A DNA stretch of 64,000 nt from Myxococcota bacterium (GCA_041687695.1 JAWLBL010000006.1:224001-288000); one strand, 5' to 3'. Positions 16,675 to 26,842 are shown, counted from the first letter of the stretch. A program made the numbers and translations. Notes: generated by a model from the sequence alone, not told the origin.

Positions 16675-19407
16675 TCACTCGCCCTTCGCGGGGGCGGGCC
16701 GGGGCCCCTCCCACTGGCAGCGCTTGCCGGCGGCCTCGAGCTCGGGCCCGGGGTCGCCGACGCGCTCGAAGAGCGTGATGGGGAAGAGGCCCCCGTAGGT
16801 CAGCTGCGGGTCCTGGAAGGTCTTGACTGGCTTGAACCAGCGGCGCGCCGTCGGCAGCGAGGCCAGCTTCTGGGGCGTGAAGTAGCTGCGACCAGCCGAG
16901 ACGATGAAGCGGACGTCGTCGGCGCAGATGGCGTCCCAGTAGTCGGCCTCGCTGAGCAGCCCCGTGCGGAAGCGCTTGTTGTTGGTGTCGGCCTCGCCCG
17001 CGGCCAGGCGTCGCTCGGCGGCCAGCGCGATGAGCGGCGCCAGGGTCGAGGCGCCCGCGATGGTCTCTTCGGGGCCGGTGCGTTCGGCCACGAAGGCCGC
17101 GACCTCGTCCAGGGTCACGAAGTGGCGCTTCTTGGTCCACAGGTAGTAGCGGTAGCCCGGCTCCATGTTGCCCTTGAGGCGGTAGTCCTCCCAGAAGAGG
17201 GCGTGGGCGGGCGCGGACAGGTCCTGTAGCATCGGCGCGGGCGTCCAGGTGTACTCGTTGCGGGCGCCGCGCTGCTGGGCCTCGTCGGGGAAGGCGGCGT
17301 TGGCCTTCAGCGCCCACGGGACCCACAGGCAGAAGGCCGCCAGGGTCGCCACGCCGGCCGCCATCCGGCCGAGCCCGTCGCGACGCGGGCCCGCCTCGTC
17401 GGTGACGGCCGAGGCGACGAGCTGGGCGCCGTGGACGACCACGTAGGCGAGCAGCAGGCCGAGCGCCGGGTAGATGAGGGTGAAGTAGAAGCTGTAGAGC
17501 TCGCGGAACATGCTGTACTGGATGAACAGCGCCAGCGCGAAGAGGAAGACGAGGGCGGCGGCGGCGTGGGGGCCGGGCTCCCAGAAGCGGCGGGGATCGA
17601 GGAAACGCAGCGGGCGGGCGCGGCCCTCGGGGCTGAGCAGCCAGGCGGCGAGGCCCAGGGCCGGGGCGATGGCGAGCGAGATCCACAGGTGGGCGTGGTA
17701 GTAGACCTCCTTGGTGAAGCTGGAGCCGTCCACCATCACGGCGAGGTTGTGGACCAGGGCCGCCGGGAAGGGCTTGGGGCCGCCGGTCAGCGGGACCATG
17801 CGGGCGTCGGCGAAGGTCTTGAGCCCGTGGTAGCGGTAGACGCCGTCGACGAAGGCGTCGCCGGCCGCCGCCAGGAAGATCAGGTTGAGGCTGCCGAAGA
17901 CGAGGGCGAAGCCGGCGAGCTGCCGCAGGGCGAAGCGGCGGTCGCGGAAGGCGCCGAGCAGCAGGGCCGCGCAGATGCCGGCCATGCTGTAAAAGCCCGT
18001 GGTGGCGGCGGCGCCGAAGAGCAGGCCTGCGGTGAGGCCGCGGCCCTTCAGTGACTGCCACAGGCCGAGCATCAGCCACATGGTGGTCAGGTTGATGCCG
18101 GTCATGTTGGTGGTCGCCTTGAGGGTCTCGGCGGCGAAGAGGAAGGCGACCATGGCGAAGGCGGCGGCGAGGCGGCCGAAGGCGCGGCGGCCGATGGCCC
18201 AGACGGCCAGGCCCGCGACGGCGCCGGCGGTGACGCTGAAGAGCTTGGCGAGGGTGAGCGAGTAGCCGAAGACGGCGAAGAAGGCGCCCGGCACGAGGAC
18301 GTGCAGCGGCGGGTGGGCGAAGAAGTAGTCGACGTAGGGCCAGCGGCCGTTGGCGAGGTCGGCGGCCATGTAGAAGTAGATGTTCTCGTCGGTGTTCGAC
18401 GGGCCCATGCCGTGGATCTTGAGCAGGCCGTACAGGGCCAGGACGGCGGCCGGGACGGCGAGGTCGGCGGTGAGCCGGACGCGGGCGCGGTGCGGGTCGG
18501 GGAGGGGGGCCTGGGCCTCGCGGACCAGGAGCTCTTCGGTGAGCAGGGTGAGGGCGGCCACGAGGGCGGCGACGAGGAGGCCGGCCAGGGCGGCGCCGGG
18601 GGCCGGGGCGTCGGCGAGCCAGGGGGCGACGGCGTGGTGGGCGACGAACAGCCAGGGGGCGTGGACGAGGACGGGGCGTGAGGAGGCGGCTAGATCGCCG
18701 AGGGTGGGCGAGCGGCCGTGGGCGGTCGCGAGGGCGGTGACCCAGCCGGCGAGGACGGGCAGGGCGCAGGCCGTCACGACCAGGGCGGCGACCAGGGTGG
18801 ACAGGGCGGGGGCCGACAGGCCGTCGAGGGCCAGGCCCAGCGGCAGGCGCAGCTCGCCGAGCCAGGTGTGGGGGAACAGGAGGGTGGCGGTCGCCCACAC
18901 GAGGCCGGCCACGGTGGCCGTGGCGGCGAGGCGGCTGTCGGGGGCGCGGGCCCAGGCGCGGGCGCCGGCGCCGAGCAGGACGAAGGCGAGGGCGGCCGGG
19001 AAGCCGACGAAGTTCGGGTGGGCCAGTTCGAAGGCTGCCAGGTGGAGCTGCGGGTTGCGGCCGAGCGCGGCCATGAGGGCGAGCGTCGCGAGGAGGGCGG
19101 CGGCGCCCGTGACCCACTGGCGCGCCGGGCCGGCGAGGCGGAAGGCGACGATGGCGCCCAAACCTGCGGTGGCGGCCAGCCAACGGGCGGTCGTCCACAG
19201 GCCGGGGCGATCGAGGCCCTCGCCGGCGGGGCTGGCCAGGAACGCCAGGAGCAGGGTCAGCGCGCCCGCGCCCGGCAGGAGCCAGGTCGGCCAGAGGCGA
19301 GGCGGCTCGAGGGGGGCGCGGGGCTCGGGGGCCGGTCCGGCGGGGGGAGGGGAGGGGGACGCCTGGGCGGCGGCGGTCGCGGCGCGGGCGGCCTTACGTT
19401 TGGCCAT
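16675..19407 (-). CDS. Polytopic membrane glycosyltransferase (GT-C/ArnT-PMT-like) with extra N-terminal TM domain
   Basis: TDENIYFY..G.WPYVDYFFAHPPL motif; many TM helices; ATG 19407 overlaps meaB end. Confidence 0.7.
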   Translation of the reverse strand: MAKRKAARAATAAAQASPSPPPAGPAPEPRAPLEPPRLWPTWLLPGAGALTLLLAFLASPAGEGLDRPGLWTTARWLAATAGLGAIVAFRLAGPARQWVTGAAALLATLALMAALGRNPQLHLAAFELAHPNFVGFPAALAFVLLGAGARAWARAPDSRLAATATVAGLVWATATLLFPHTWLGELRLPLGLALDGLSAPALSTLVAALVVTACALPVLAGWVTALATAHGRSPTLGDLAASSRPVLVHAPWLFVAHHAVAPWLADAPAPGAALAGLLVAALVAALTLLTEELLVREAQAPLPDPHRARVRLTADLAVPAAVLALYGLLKIHGMGPSNTDENIYFYMAADLANGRWPYVDYFFAHPPLHVLVPGAFFAVFGYSLTLAKLFSVTAGAVAGLAVWAIGRRAFGRLAAAFAMVAFLFAAETLKATTNMTGINLTTMWLMLGLWQSLKGRGLTAGLLFGAAATTGFYSMAGICAALLLGAFRDRRFALRQLAGFALVFGSLNLIFLAAAGDAFVDGVYRYHGLKTFADARMVPLTGGPKPFPAALVHNLAVMVDGSSFTKEVYYHAHLWISLAIAPALGLAAWLLSPEGRARPLRFLDPRRFWEPGPHAAAALVFLFALALFIQYSMFRELYSFYFTLIYPALGLLLAYVVVHGAQLVASAVTDEAGPRRDGLGRMAAGVATLAAFCLWVPWALKANAAFPDEAQQRGARNEYTWTPAPMLQDLSAPAHALFWEDYRLKGNMEPGYRYYLWTKKRHFVTLDEVAAFVAERTGPEETIAGASTLAPLIALAAERRLAAGEADTNNKRFRTGLLSEADYWDAICADDVRFIVSAGRSYFTPQKLASLPTARRWFKPVKTFQDPQLTYGGLFPITLFERVGDPGPELEAAGKRCQWEGPRPAPAKGE

Positions 19408-20377
19408 CGAGCAGCACCTCGAGGACGCGGTCGGCCTCGGTGTAGGGGTCGGTCTCGCGGCTGGCCAGGCGGTCGAGCAGGGCCTCGCGGCCGTCACCGG
19501 CGTCAAGGGCGGCGGCCATGCGCTCGACAAGGCGGTCGCGGATGAGGCTCTCGAGGACGTGCGCCTCGCGGCGACGGCGGCGCTCGAGGGCCTCGCCGGT
19601 GGACGGCAGGGCGGCGGCGTGGGCGTCGATGGCGGCGGCCAGCTCGGGCAGGCCCTGTCCGTAGACGGCGACCGTCTTCACGATGGGTGGCGTCCAGGTC
19701 TCGCCGTCGGACACCAGGCCCTGCAGCGCCCGGATGTCCCGGATGGTGCGCTCGGCGCCGTCGCGGTCGGCCTTGTTGACCACGAAGACGTCGGCGATCT
19801 CGAGGATGCCGGCCTTGATGGCCTGGATGTCGTCGCCCATGCCGGGGACCAGCACGACCAGCGACGTGTGGGCCAGGCGGACCACCTCGATCTCGTCCTG
19901 ACCGACGCCGACCGTCTCGAGCAGGATGACGTCGTAGCCCATCGCGTCGAGCACGCTGACCACGTCGTTGGTCGACCGGCTGAGGCCGCCCAGGTGGCCG
20001 CGGGTGGCCAGGCTGCGGATGAACACGCCCGGATCGGTGGCGTGGTCGTTCATGCGGATGCGGTCGCCCAGGATCGCGCCGCCCGTGAAGGGGCTGGACG
20101 GGTCCACGGCGACGACGCCGACCTTGAGCCCCTGCGCCCGGTAGTGGCGGATGAGCTGATCGGTCAGCGTCGACTTGCCCGAGCCCGGGTTGCCGGTGAC
20201 GCCGATGATGCGGGCGCGCCCGGTGACGGCGTACAGGCGCCGCAGCACCTCGAACGCGATGGGCTCGCGGTCGTCGACCAGGCGCATCAGGCGGGCGCCG
20301 GCGCGCACGTCGCCGGACCGCACGCGGGTGACGAATCGCTCGAGCTGCCCCGCGTCAACGCGTGCAGAGGTGACCAT
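19394..20377 (-). CDS. meaB: MeaB/ArgK GTPase (B12-mutase chaperone)
   Basis: GNPGSGKST, AVDPSSPFTGGAILGDRIRM, ETVGVGQDE, VNKAD. Confidence 0.93.
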   Translation of the reverse strand: MVTSARVDAGQLERFVTRVRSGDVRAGARLMRLVDDREPIAFEVLRRLYAVTGRARIIGVTGNPGSGKSTLTDQLIRHYRAQGLKVGVVAVDPSSPFTGGAILGDRIRMNDHATDPGVFIRSLATRGHLGGLSRSTNDVVSVLDAMGYDVILLETVGVGQDEIEVVRLAHTSLVVLVPGMGDDIQAIKAGILEIADVFVVNKADRDGAERTIRDIRALQGLVSDGETWTPPIVKTVAVYGQGLPELAAAIDAHAAALPSTGEALERRRRREAHVLESLIRDRLVERMAAALDAGDGREALLDRLASRETDPYTEADRVLEVLLDGQT

Positions 20378-22502
20378 GGCCGCTCCGATCCTGGAGGGTC
20401 GCAGGGGGACCGAACGCGGGCTCGTGCCAGGCCGCGCCGGCCGCGAGGAAGGCGTCGCGCTGGCGGCCGAGGAGGTCGGCCAGGACGCGCTGGTTGGTGG
20501 GGTCGCTCTCGGCGACCTCGGGGGCGGGCGACCAGCGGCCCTCGCGGCGGAGCAGCAGCTGCGGCGCGCCGCCGCGACGGGGGACGCGCAGCGCGGCGTC
20601 GCCCTGGACGACCAGCTCGGCCTCTCCGCGGTGGGTCGCCAGCGTGGTCGCGGGCCACGCGACGGTCGCCCGGTCGACGGGGCGCCCGCTGGTGAGGTCG
20701 GCGGACGCGCCGCCCCAGGTCATGAGGGAGGCCGCCAGATCGGTCAGGTCGTGGGTCGCGCGCCGGGCGGCGGCCTCGACCGGGGTCCCGATGATCCAGG
20801 CCGGGACGTGCAGGTTGGCGGGCGTCAGCGCGTCGGCGGCCGGGTCGGCCGGCTCGCCGCCCAGGCCGACGACGACGACGATCGGGGCGAACTGCTCGAT
20901 GCTCTGCACCTGCGCGATGAACTGGCGCACGGCCCCCAGGGTCTCGGCGGCCGTCGCGCGGCGCAGCGTGTCCAGCCACAGGTGGTCGCGCTCGGTGAGG
21001 CGGCGCTTGCCGCCTGCGACGTCGATGAGCACCTCTCGGGTCTGCAGGGGCTTCCAGGGCTGGCGGCCTTCGGGCGGGCCGTGCTGCTGCCAGGCGTCCG
21101 TGCGGGGCATCCAGGGGGGGCCGCCGTCGCCGACGACCGCCAGCGCGAACACCGGGCGCTCGTCCGGGGCGCGCAGGATGGCGGTGACGACCGAGCGGAG
21201 GACGTCGGGCGCGAACGGCTCGCGGGCGCCCGGCGGGGCTCCCACGACCGCGTCCGCGAAGCCGGCCCACAGCGGCGAGGACGCGGTGAGCGGCAGGCGG
21301 CTGGTGCGCAGGATGGTGTGCCGCCCCGCGTCGGCCATGTGTTGGGCCAGGGTGCGGGTGCCCTTGGGGAGGGCGTCCGAGGTGCCGAGCAGCCCCAGCG
21401 CCTGCGGGTGGCGGCCGGTCAGCAGCGAGGCCAGGGCGGGCTCGAAGGTCGTCGCGGTGCTCCAGACGTCGTTCAGGCGCGCCGCGCCGGGCACGTCTGC
21501 CAGCGCCTCTCCGACCGCGTCGGCGCGCACGCCTCGCAGGGCGACCACCACGATCGGGCGGCCGACGGGCGGGGCCGCGGCGACGGCGGGTGCGTCCCCC
21601 GGGGCGGTCAAGCGCGGCGCGACCAGCCCGACGGCGCCGTCGGACGTCCCCTCGAGCGACACCCTCAGATACACCGGAGCGTGCGTGCGCGGATCGCCCA
21701 GCGCCAGGTTCCACGGCATGACCAGCGCGGCCGGCAGCCGGGCCACCTCGTGGCGGCCGCCGAAGGTCCAGATACGCTCGACGACCAGCGTCAGCCCCGA
21801 GACGTCGCCCCGGGTGCGCATCCCGCGCGTCTCCAGGGCGTGCCGGACGTGCTGCGTCAGCGGCAGCAGGACCTGCTCGCCGGGCTCGAGCCACAGGGCG
21901 TCGTGCTCGGCCACCGGGGCGGCGACCGCTCCACCCGGGCCCGCCGCGTTCGCGCTGAGGATCACCGCGTGCAGCAGCCCGCGCCAGCTCTGCGGCATCG
22001 CGGGGCCCTCCTCGACGGCCTTGCCGGCCCGCGTCAGCGTCAAGCCGAGCCGATGGCGCCCGACGGTCCCCTCGGGCAAGGCCACCGTCACGCGCTGCCA
22101 CCCCGCCTCGAGGGGCTCGACCGCGACCCGGTCCCCGTCCAGCGTGACCTGCAGGTCGCGCAGGCCATGAGCCGGGCGCAGGACCACGTCCAGCCGCTGC
22201 GACCCGGCCGGGACGTCGACGACCAGGCTGGCCTGCGGGTGGACGATGGGCCGGTAACCGAACCCGCCCGCCTCGCAGCCGACCGGCCCGAAGCCGAAGG
22301 CCCCCTCCGGCCCCGCGGCCGCGTCCAACGCCGGGCTCGCCGCCTCGATGCGCCCCACGCCGTAGGCGCGCAGCCGCACGAGGTCGACGACGTCCACGCG
22401 CCCCGGCAGCGCCGCGCGCGCCTCGCCCGGGCCGGTCGCCCCTGCCGTCATCCAAAGCGCCGCGAGCGCCGCCCCCGCCACCAACCCAGCTCTCGCCGCC
22501 AT
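20355..22502 (-). CDS. Exported protein with degenerate sulfatase-like C-terminal domain
   Basis: Signal peptide; PIVVVALRGVRAD..STATTFEPALASLLTGRHP resembles the sulfatase core; LHVPAWI. Confidence 0.6.
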   Translation of the reverse strand: MAARAGLVAGAALAALWMTAGATGPGEARAALPGRVDVVDLVRLRAYGVGRIEAASPALDAAAGPEGAFGFGPVGCEAGGFGYRPIVHPQASLVVDVPAGSQRLDVVLRPAHGLRDLQVTLDGDRVAVEPLEAGWQRVTVALPEGTVGRHRLGLTLTRAGKAVEEGPAMPQSWRGLLHAVILSANAAGPGGAVAAPVAEHDALWLEPGEQVLLPLTQHVRHALETRGMRTRGDVSGLTLVVERIWTFGGRHEVARLPAALVMPWNLALGDPRTHAPVYLRVSLEGTSDGAVGLVAPRLTAPGDAPAVAAAPPVGRPIVVVALRGVRADAVGEALADVPGAARLNDVWSTATTFEPALASLLTGRHPQALGLLGTSDALPKGTRTLAQHMADAGRHTILRTSRLPLTASSPLWAGFADAVVGAPPGAREPFAPDVLRSVVTAILRAPDERPVFALAVVGDGGPPWMPRTDAWQQHGPPEGRQPWKPLQTREVLIDVAGGKRRLTERDHLWLDTLRRATAAETLGAVRQFIAQVQSIEQFAPIVVVVGLGGEPADPAADALTPANLHVPAWIIGTPVEAAARRATHDLTDLAASLMTWGGASADLTSGRPVDRATVAWPATTLATHRGEAELVVQGDAALRVPRRGGAPQLLLRREGRWSPAPEVAESDPTNQRVLADLLGRQRDAFLAAGAAWHEPAFGPPATLQDRSGHGHLCTR

Positions 22503-22724
22503 GGCCTCTCCCCTGAGCGCCGCGCCCGCGCGACGCCCCGGTGGGGTAGCACGCCTGGCCCCGTCGAGACAAGGAGCCGTCACGCCTCGACTTCTCGGCG
22601 GTCGCCCGCTCCGAACGCCCCCCTTGACGCGTCCCCCTCCACTTCTCCAGCATCGGTCGGGCGCGCCGCGGCCCCACCGGGTCTCGGCGGCGCTCGCTCC
22701 GAACCGACCGAACCCGAGGCCGCC

Positions 22725-23234
22725 ATGACCCCCCAGCTCGCCCCGACCCGGACCGGCATCCTGTTCGTCTGCCTGGGCAACATCTGCCGGTCGCCCCTGG
22801 CCGAAGGGGTCTTCCTCGGCGAGGTCGTTCGCCGCGGCCTCGGCGACCGGTTCGTGGTCGACTCGTGCGGGACGGCCGCCTACCACGTCGGCGAGGCCCC
22901 CGACCCGCGCAGCTGCCAGGTCGCGGCGCAGTACGGCCTCGACATCACCCACCAGCGCGCCCGCCAGCTCGCGTCGGCCGACTTCGCCCGCTTCGACTGG
23001 ATCGTCGCGATGGACCGCGCCAACGCCCGCGCGATCGAGCAAGCCCGCCCGAACGGCGCCCGCGCTCGCGTGGCCCGCTTCATGGACTTCGTCCCAGACT
23101 CGACCAGCCAGGACGTCCCCGACCCCTACTACGGCGGCCCCGAGGGCTTCGAGCGCGTCTACGATCTGCTGCGGCGGGGCGCCGACCGGCTGCTCGACGC
23201 CGTCCTGGCGGAGCGGGCGCAGGAGGCCGGTTGA
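22725..23234 (+). CDS. Low-molecular-weight protein tyrosine phosphatase
   Basis: FVCLGNICRSP, HQRARQL, DVPDPYYG; SD gagg. Confidence 0.95.
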   Translation: MTPQLAPTRTGILFVCLGNICRSPLAEGVFLGEVVRRGLGDRFVVDSCGTAAYHVGEAPDPRSCQVAAQYGLDITHQRARQLASADFARFDWIVAMDRANARAIEQARPNGARARVARFMDFVPDSTSQDVPDPYYGGPEGFERVYDLLRRGADRLLDAVLAERAQEAG

Positions 23235-24097
23235 CGGCCCTGCCGCCGGTCGCGCGCGCCCTCGCGCGGCGCACCCTCGGGGTGCCGGAGGCGGCCCAGC
23301 CCACGGCGAGGTCGGTCGGCGGGGGCTGCATCAGCGAGGCGGCGCGCGTCGAGGCCGCAGGCCGGGCGGTCTTCCTCAAGTGGCGCGACGGAGCGCCGGC
23401 CGACTTCTTCGACGCCGAGGCCGACGGGCTCGACCGCCTCCGGGCCGCTGGCCTGCGGGTCCCGCGCGTGCTCGGACACGCCCACGACGGCCGCTGCGGC
23501 GCCATCGCCCTCGAGGCGCTCGACGAGGGCGCCGCCTCTGCCCGGGCCATGGCCGACGCCGGCCGCCGGCTCGCGCTCCTCCACGGCCGCCGCGGCCTCG
23601 CGCCCGGGCTCGCCCGCGACAACTACATCGGCTCGCTGCCACAGCCGAACGCTCCGGAGCCCGGCGGCGCCTGGCTCGCCTTCTGGAAGCAACGCCGGCT
23701 GCTGGCGCTGTCTCGCGGGTTGCCCCAGGGGCTGCGCCAACGCCTCGAGCGCCTCGATCCGACCGGCGTCCTCGCCGAGCCCGAGGGCGGCTGCGCCCTG
23801 CTGCACGGCGACCTGTGGAGCGGCAACCTGCTGTGCGACCGCGAGGGCCTCGCCTGGTTCATCGACCCGGCGGTCTACGCCGGCCACCCTGAGGTCGACC
23901 TCGCCATGACCCGCCTGTTCGGCGGCTTCCCCGCCGCCTTCTACGACGCCTACCAGGAGGTCGCCGGCCGGTTCGACCGCGAGCACCTCGCCCGCTGCGA
24001 CCTCCTCAACCTCACCCCCCTCATCGTTCACGCGCGGCTCTTCGGCGCTGGCTACCTCAGCCAGGTCGAGTCCGTGCTCACGCGCTTCGGCGCCTGA
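23231..24097 (+). CDS. Fructosamine-kinase family protein
   Basis: TTGA overlap; VGGGCIS, EADGL, DNYIGSLPQPN, LLHGDLWSGN, IDPAVYAGHPEVDLAM. Confidence 0.92.
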   Translation: MTALPPVARALARRTLGVPEAAQPTARSVGGGCISEAARVEAAGRAVFLKWRDGAPADFFDAEADGLDRLRAAGLRVPRVLGHAHDGRCGAIALEALDEGAASARAMADAGRRLALLHGRRGLAPGLARDNYIGSLPQPNAPEPGGAWLAFWKQRRLLALSRGLPQGLRQRLERLDPTGVLAEPEGGCALLHGDLWSGNLLCDREGLAWFIDPAVYAGHPEVDLAMTRLFGGFPAAFYDAYQEVAGRFDREHLARCDLLNLTPLIVHARLFGAGYLSQVESVLTRFGA

Positions 24098-24107
24098 TGG
24101 AGCCTCG

Positions 24108-24812
24108 ATGGGCACCGCCGCCCCCACCCGCCTCCTGCTGCCCTCTCGCCTCCTCTTGATCGTCGCCTTCGGCCTCGCGGTCGTCGGGTCCCTGTCCGCC
24201 TGTCGCGACGACGCCGACGACGTCGCGGTCCCCGCGCGGACCCCGGTCGCCCCGCCGCCCGCGCCCTCCCCGCTGACCCTCGACGGGACCACCGACGTCG
24301 CCTTCCGCTACCTCGACCCGGCGACCGGCCGCCCGGCCACCGCGACGACCGTCGACGCCATCCCCGAGGCCGCCCGCGCCCAGGTCATCGTCCTCCCGCT
24401 GGCCGGCGAGGCCCCGCCCGGCTGGGAGCACGTCGCCGACCTGACACGCCCGCTCCCCGTCACCACCGTCCCGACGCGCGGGTTCGTCCTCAGCCCGCCG
24501 TCCCCCGCCGAGGCCGCCCCGGACCCGGCCCCGCCCGCGCGCCGCCGCGTCGGCCCGCCCGAGGTCGTCATGTTCTCGGGGCCGGGCTGCAAACCCTGCA
24601 AGCACGCCCGCAAGTGGCTGAGCGAACGGCGCGTCCCCTTCACCGAGCTCGATCTGGGCACCGACCCCAAGGCGTGGACCCGCCTCGACGAGCTGGCCGC
24701 CCGCGCCGGCCTGCGCGAGCGCGACAAGCGCGGCGTCCCCATCTTCTTCGTCGACGGCCAGCCCGTCCTCGGCTTCGATCGCGCGCGCCTCGCCAAGCTC
24801 ATCGGCCTGTGA
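24108..24812 (+). CDS. Glutaredoxin-domain lipoprotein
   Basis: Lipobox LSAC; CKPC, GVPIFFVDG, GFD. Confidence 0.8.
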   Translation: MGTAAPTRLLLPSRLLLIVAFGLAVVGSLSACRDDADDVAVPARTPVAPPPAPSPLTLDGTTDVAFRYLDPATGRPATATTVDAIPEAARAQVIVLPLAGEAPPGWEHVADLTRPLPVTTVPTRGFVLSPPSPAEAAPDPAPPARRRVGPPEVVMFSGPGCKPCKHARKWLSERRVPFTELDLGTDPKAWTRLDELAARAGLRERDKRGVPIFFVDGQPVLGFDRARLAKLIGL

Positions 24813-24895
24813 GGCGGGGGCCGCGCGCCCCCACGGTCGATTTTCTGGACGGCGCGCGCGACCGCCCGGACCCTCGTCGCAAGGGAGGAACGAAC

Positions 24896-25246
24896 ATGGC
24901 TCTTGCGATGCACACGGTGGGTTCCGAGTCGGCGCTCGCGCCGGTCGATGACTGGGCGGCCGAGGTCACCTTCGGCGGGCGGACGTCGCCCCGGTCGCGG
25001 GCGCAGGCGCGCGTCGTCAGCCTCGGCCGTCGCGGCATGATGCTGTCGTCGCTGCGCGTCCCGGCGGGCGAGCGCTTCGCCTGGATCTCCTTCACCATGC
25101 CGAACGGGCAGACCCTGTCGCCGCTCGTCGAGGTCGGCGCCAGCTCCGAGGGCGCGGTCGCGGTGCGTTTCCGCCACCTCTTCCCCGATCAGCAGGCCCA
25201 GCTCGACGCCTTCCACGCCTCGCGCGCCACGGCGACGGGTTACTGA
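24896..25246 (+). CDS. Small protein, possibly a degenerate PilZ-like domain
   Basis: Strong SD ggagga; beta-rich pattern ending AVRFRHL..QQAQLDAF. Confidence 0.5.
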   Translation: MALAMHTVGSESALAPVDDWAAEVTFGGRTSPRSRAQARVVSLGRRGMMLSSLRVPAGERFAWISFTMPNGQTLSPLVEVGASSEGAVAVRFRHLFPDQQAQLDAFHASRATATGY

Positions 25247-25283
25247 GGGCGAGGCCGGCGACTGGCCGGCCTTCGCGCGCGCG

Positions 25284-26147
25284 TCATGCGGCCCCGCCGC
25301 GCCGCGGGATGGGGCCCAGGTCCGGGTCGCCGCGCTCCATCGGGAACGCGCGCAGCTCGGGCGCGATGGCGTCGGCGAACGGCGCGAGGAGCGAGCGCAC
25401 CTCGTCGGGGCGGTGGATCTGGCTGAAGTGGCTGAGGACCAGCGTGCGGTTGCGAAACCGCGCCGCACGCGCCGCGAGATCGTCCAGGTGGACGTGGCCG
25501 CCGGCGCGGACGTCCTCGTAGCGTTTGCGCGCGTCGAGGAAGGTGCACTCGAGCACGAGCACCTCGCTGTCGCAGATGGCGGGCTGCCGGTCGAGGACCT
25601 CGGGCAGCGTGTCGCCGGTCACCGAGAGCAGCGGGGTGACGTGGGCCTCCGTCACGGCCACGCCTTGCTTGCGTAGCCGCCCGATCTCGGGGCCCGGCGT
25701 CTCCGCGAACTCCGGCTTCAGCTTGTCGACGGTGCGCTCCACCGTGTAACCGAGCGAGGGCAGCGTGTGGTAGGTCCGGAACGGGACCAGGTCGACGCCC
25801 TGCTTGAGGGGATACCGCTCGCCGGGCCGGGCCGCGATCAGGTGGTAACGCGACTGGTAGCGCTGGACGCGATCGAAGGCCTCGATGAGCGCCACCAGCC
25901 CGTCGGCCATCTGGGCGGGGACGTAGACGGTCGGCGGCGCCATCCCGTACAGCTGGCGCAGTGCCATCAGGTAGGGCAGGCCGGCCGCATGGTCCATGTG
26001 CGTGTGCGTCAGCGCGAGGTGGTTCAGGCGCACCAGCTCGCGCGGTCCGCGGCCCACGTCGATGGCCAGGCTCCACTCGGGGATCCAGACGCAGGTCTCG
26101 ACGCCGCCGAGCGAGAAGCCGTTGAGTCGAAAGGTTCCAAAGTCCAT
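25284..26147 (-). CDS. MBL-fold hydrolase, RNase Z-like (short TM-type)
   Basis: SLGGVETC, THTHMDH, KLKPEF..GPEI arm, TGDT, LECTF, GGHVHL, SHFS. Confidence 0.8.
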   Translation of the reverse strand: MDFGTFRLNGFSLGGVETCVWIPEWSLAIDVGRGPRELVRLNHLALTHTHMDHAAGLPYLMALRQLYGMAPPTVYVPAQMADGLVALIEAFDRVQRYQSRYHLIAARPGERYPLKQGVDLVPFRTYHTLPSLGYTVERTVDKLKPEFAETPGPEIGRLRKQGVAVTEAHVTPLLSVTGDTLPEVLDRQPAICDSEVLVLECTFLDARKRYEDVRAGGHVHLDDLAARAARFRNRTLVLSHFSQIHRPDEVRSLLAPFADAIAPELRAFPMERGDPDLGPIPRRGGAA

Positions 26148-26235
26148 GATGTCGAAGGCAGTTCGCCGGACCCAGCCGGCTTGTTACAGAGAGGTGCCCG
26201 TGGTAGAAACCCCCGCAACCGGCAACGCGGAGGGC

Positions 26236-26775
26236 ATGATGTCGAGACCTCGGGCCACGAGCCTACGGCGCGCAGCGACACTGTCGATGTGCCTGATCTT
26301 CGGCCTGAGCGCCATCGCTTGTCAGGACAAGCCCGATCCCTACGAGGTCGGCTTCGGCGTCCCGGACACGGGAACCTCGCGCGAGGCCCCGCCCAAGATG
26401 GCCCAGCGCTGCCCGCTCGAAGAGGTCGTGACCGACCCGGCCGAGCGGTCGCCCGAGTGGGTCGTCAAGGAGCTCCTCGCCGCATCGTCCTCGGAAGGAG
26501 ACGAGCAGGCCGCCTTTCAGCGATTCTACGGCCTCTTCGACGGGCAACAGGAGTCGTGGGTGCGCCAACAGTACTGGCCGCGCGCCCGCCAGCACGTCTC
26601 GAAGTATCTGGCCGAGGGCGACGGCGTGGTCTACACGATCTGCCGCCGCGAGGGTCAGACCGACACCCATGTGAAGCTCTTCATCCGCAGTAACGACGAG
26701 GAAAAGAGCAATCCGCCCATCACCTTGAAGAAGAACGCCGACGGCGAGTGGAAGGTCACGGCCTACACGCCCTGA
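26236..26775 (+). CDS. Hypothetical lipoprotein
   Basis: Hydrophobic signal ending AIAC; good codon bias. Confidence 0.75.
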   Translation: MMSRPRATSLRRAATLSMCLIFGLSAIACQDKPDPYEVGFGVPDTGTSREAPPKMAQRCPLEEVVTDPAERSPEWVVKELLAASSSEGDEQAAFQRFYGLFDGQQESWVRQQYWPRARQHVSKYLAEGDGVVYTICRREGQTDTHVKLFIRSNDEEKSNPPITLKKNADGEWKVTAYTP

Positions 26776-26842
26776 TCCCAACCCCGCCCCGGCAGCCCCA
26801 ATGCCACGCCTCCCGGCAACAGCCACGGGACCCGAGCCACGC

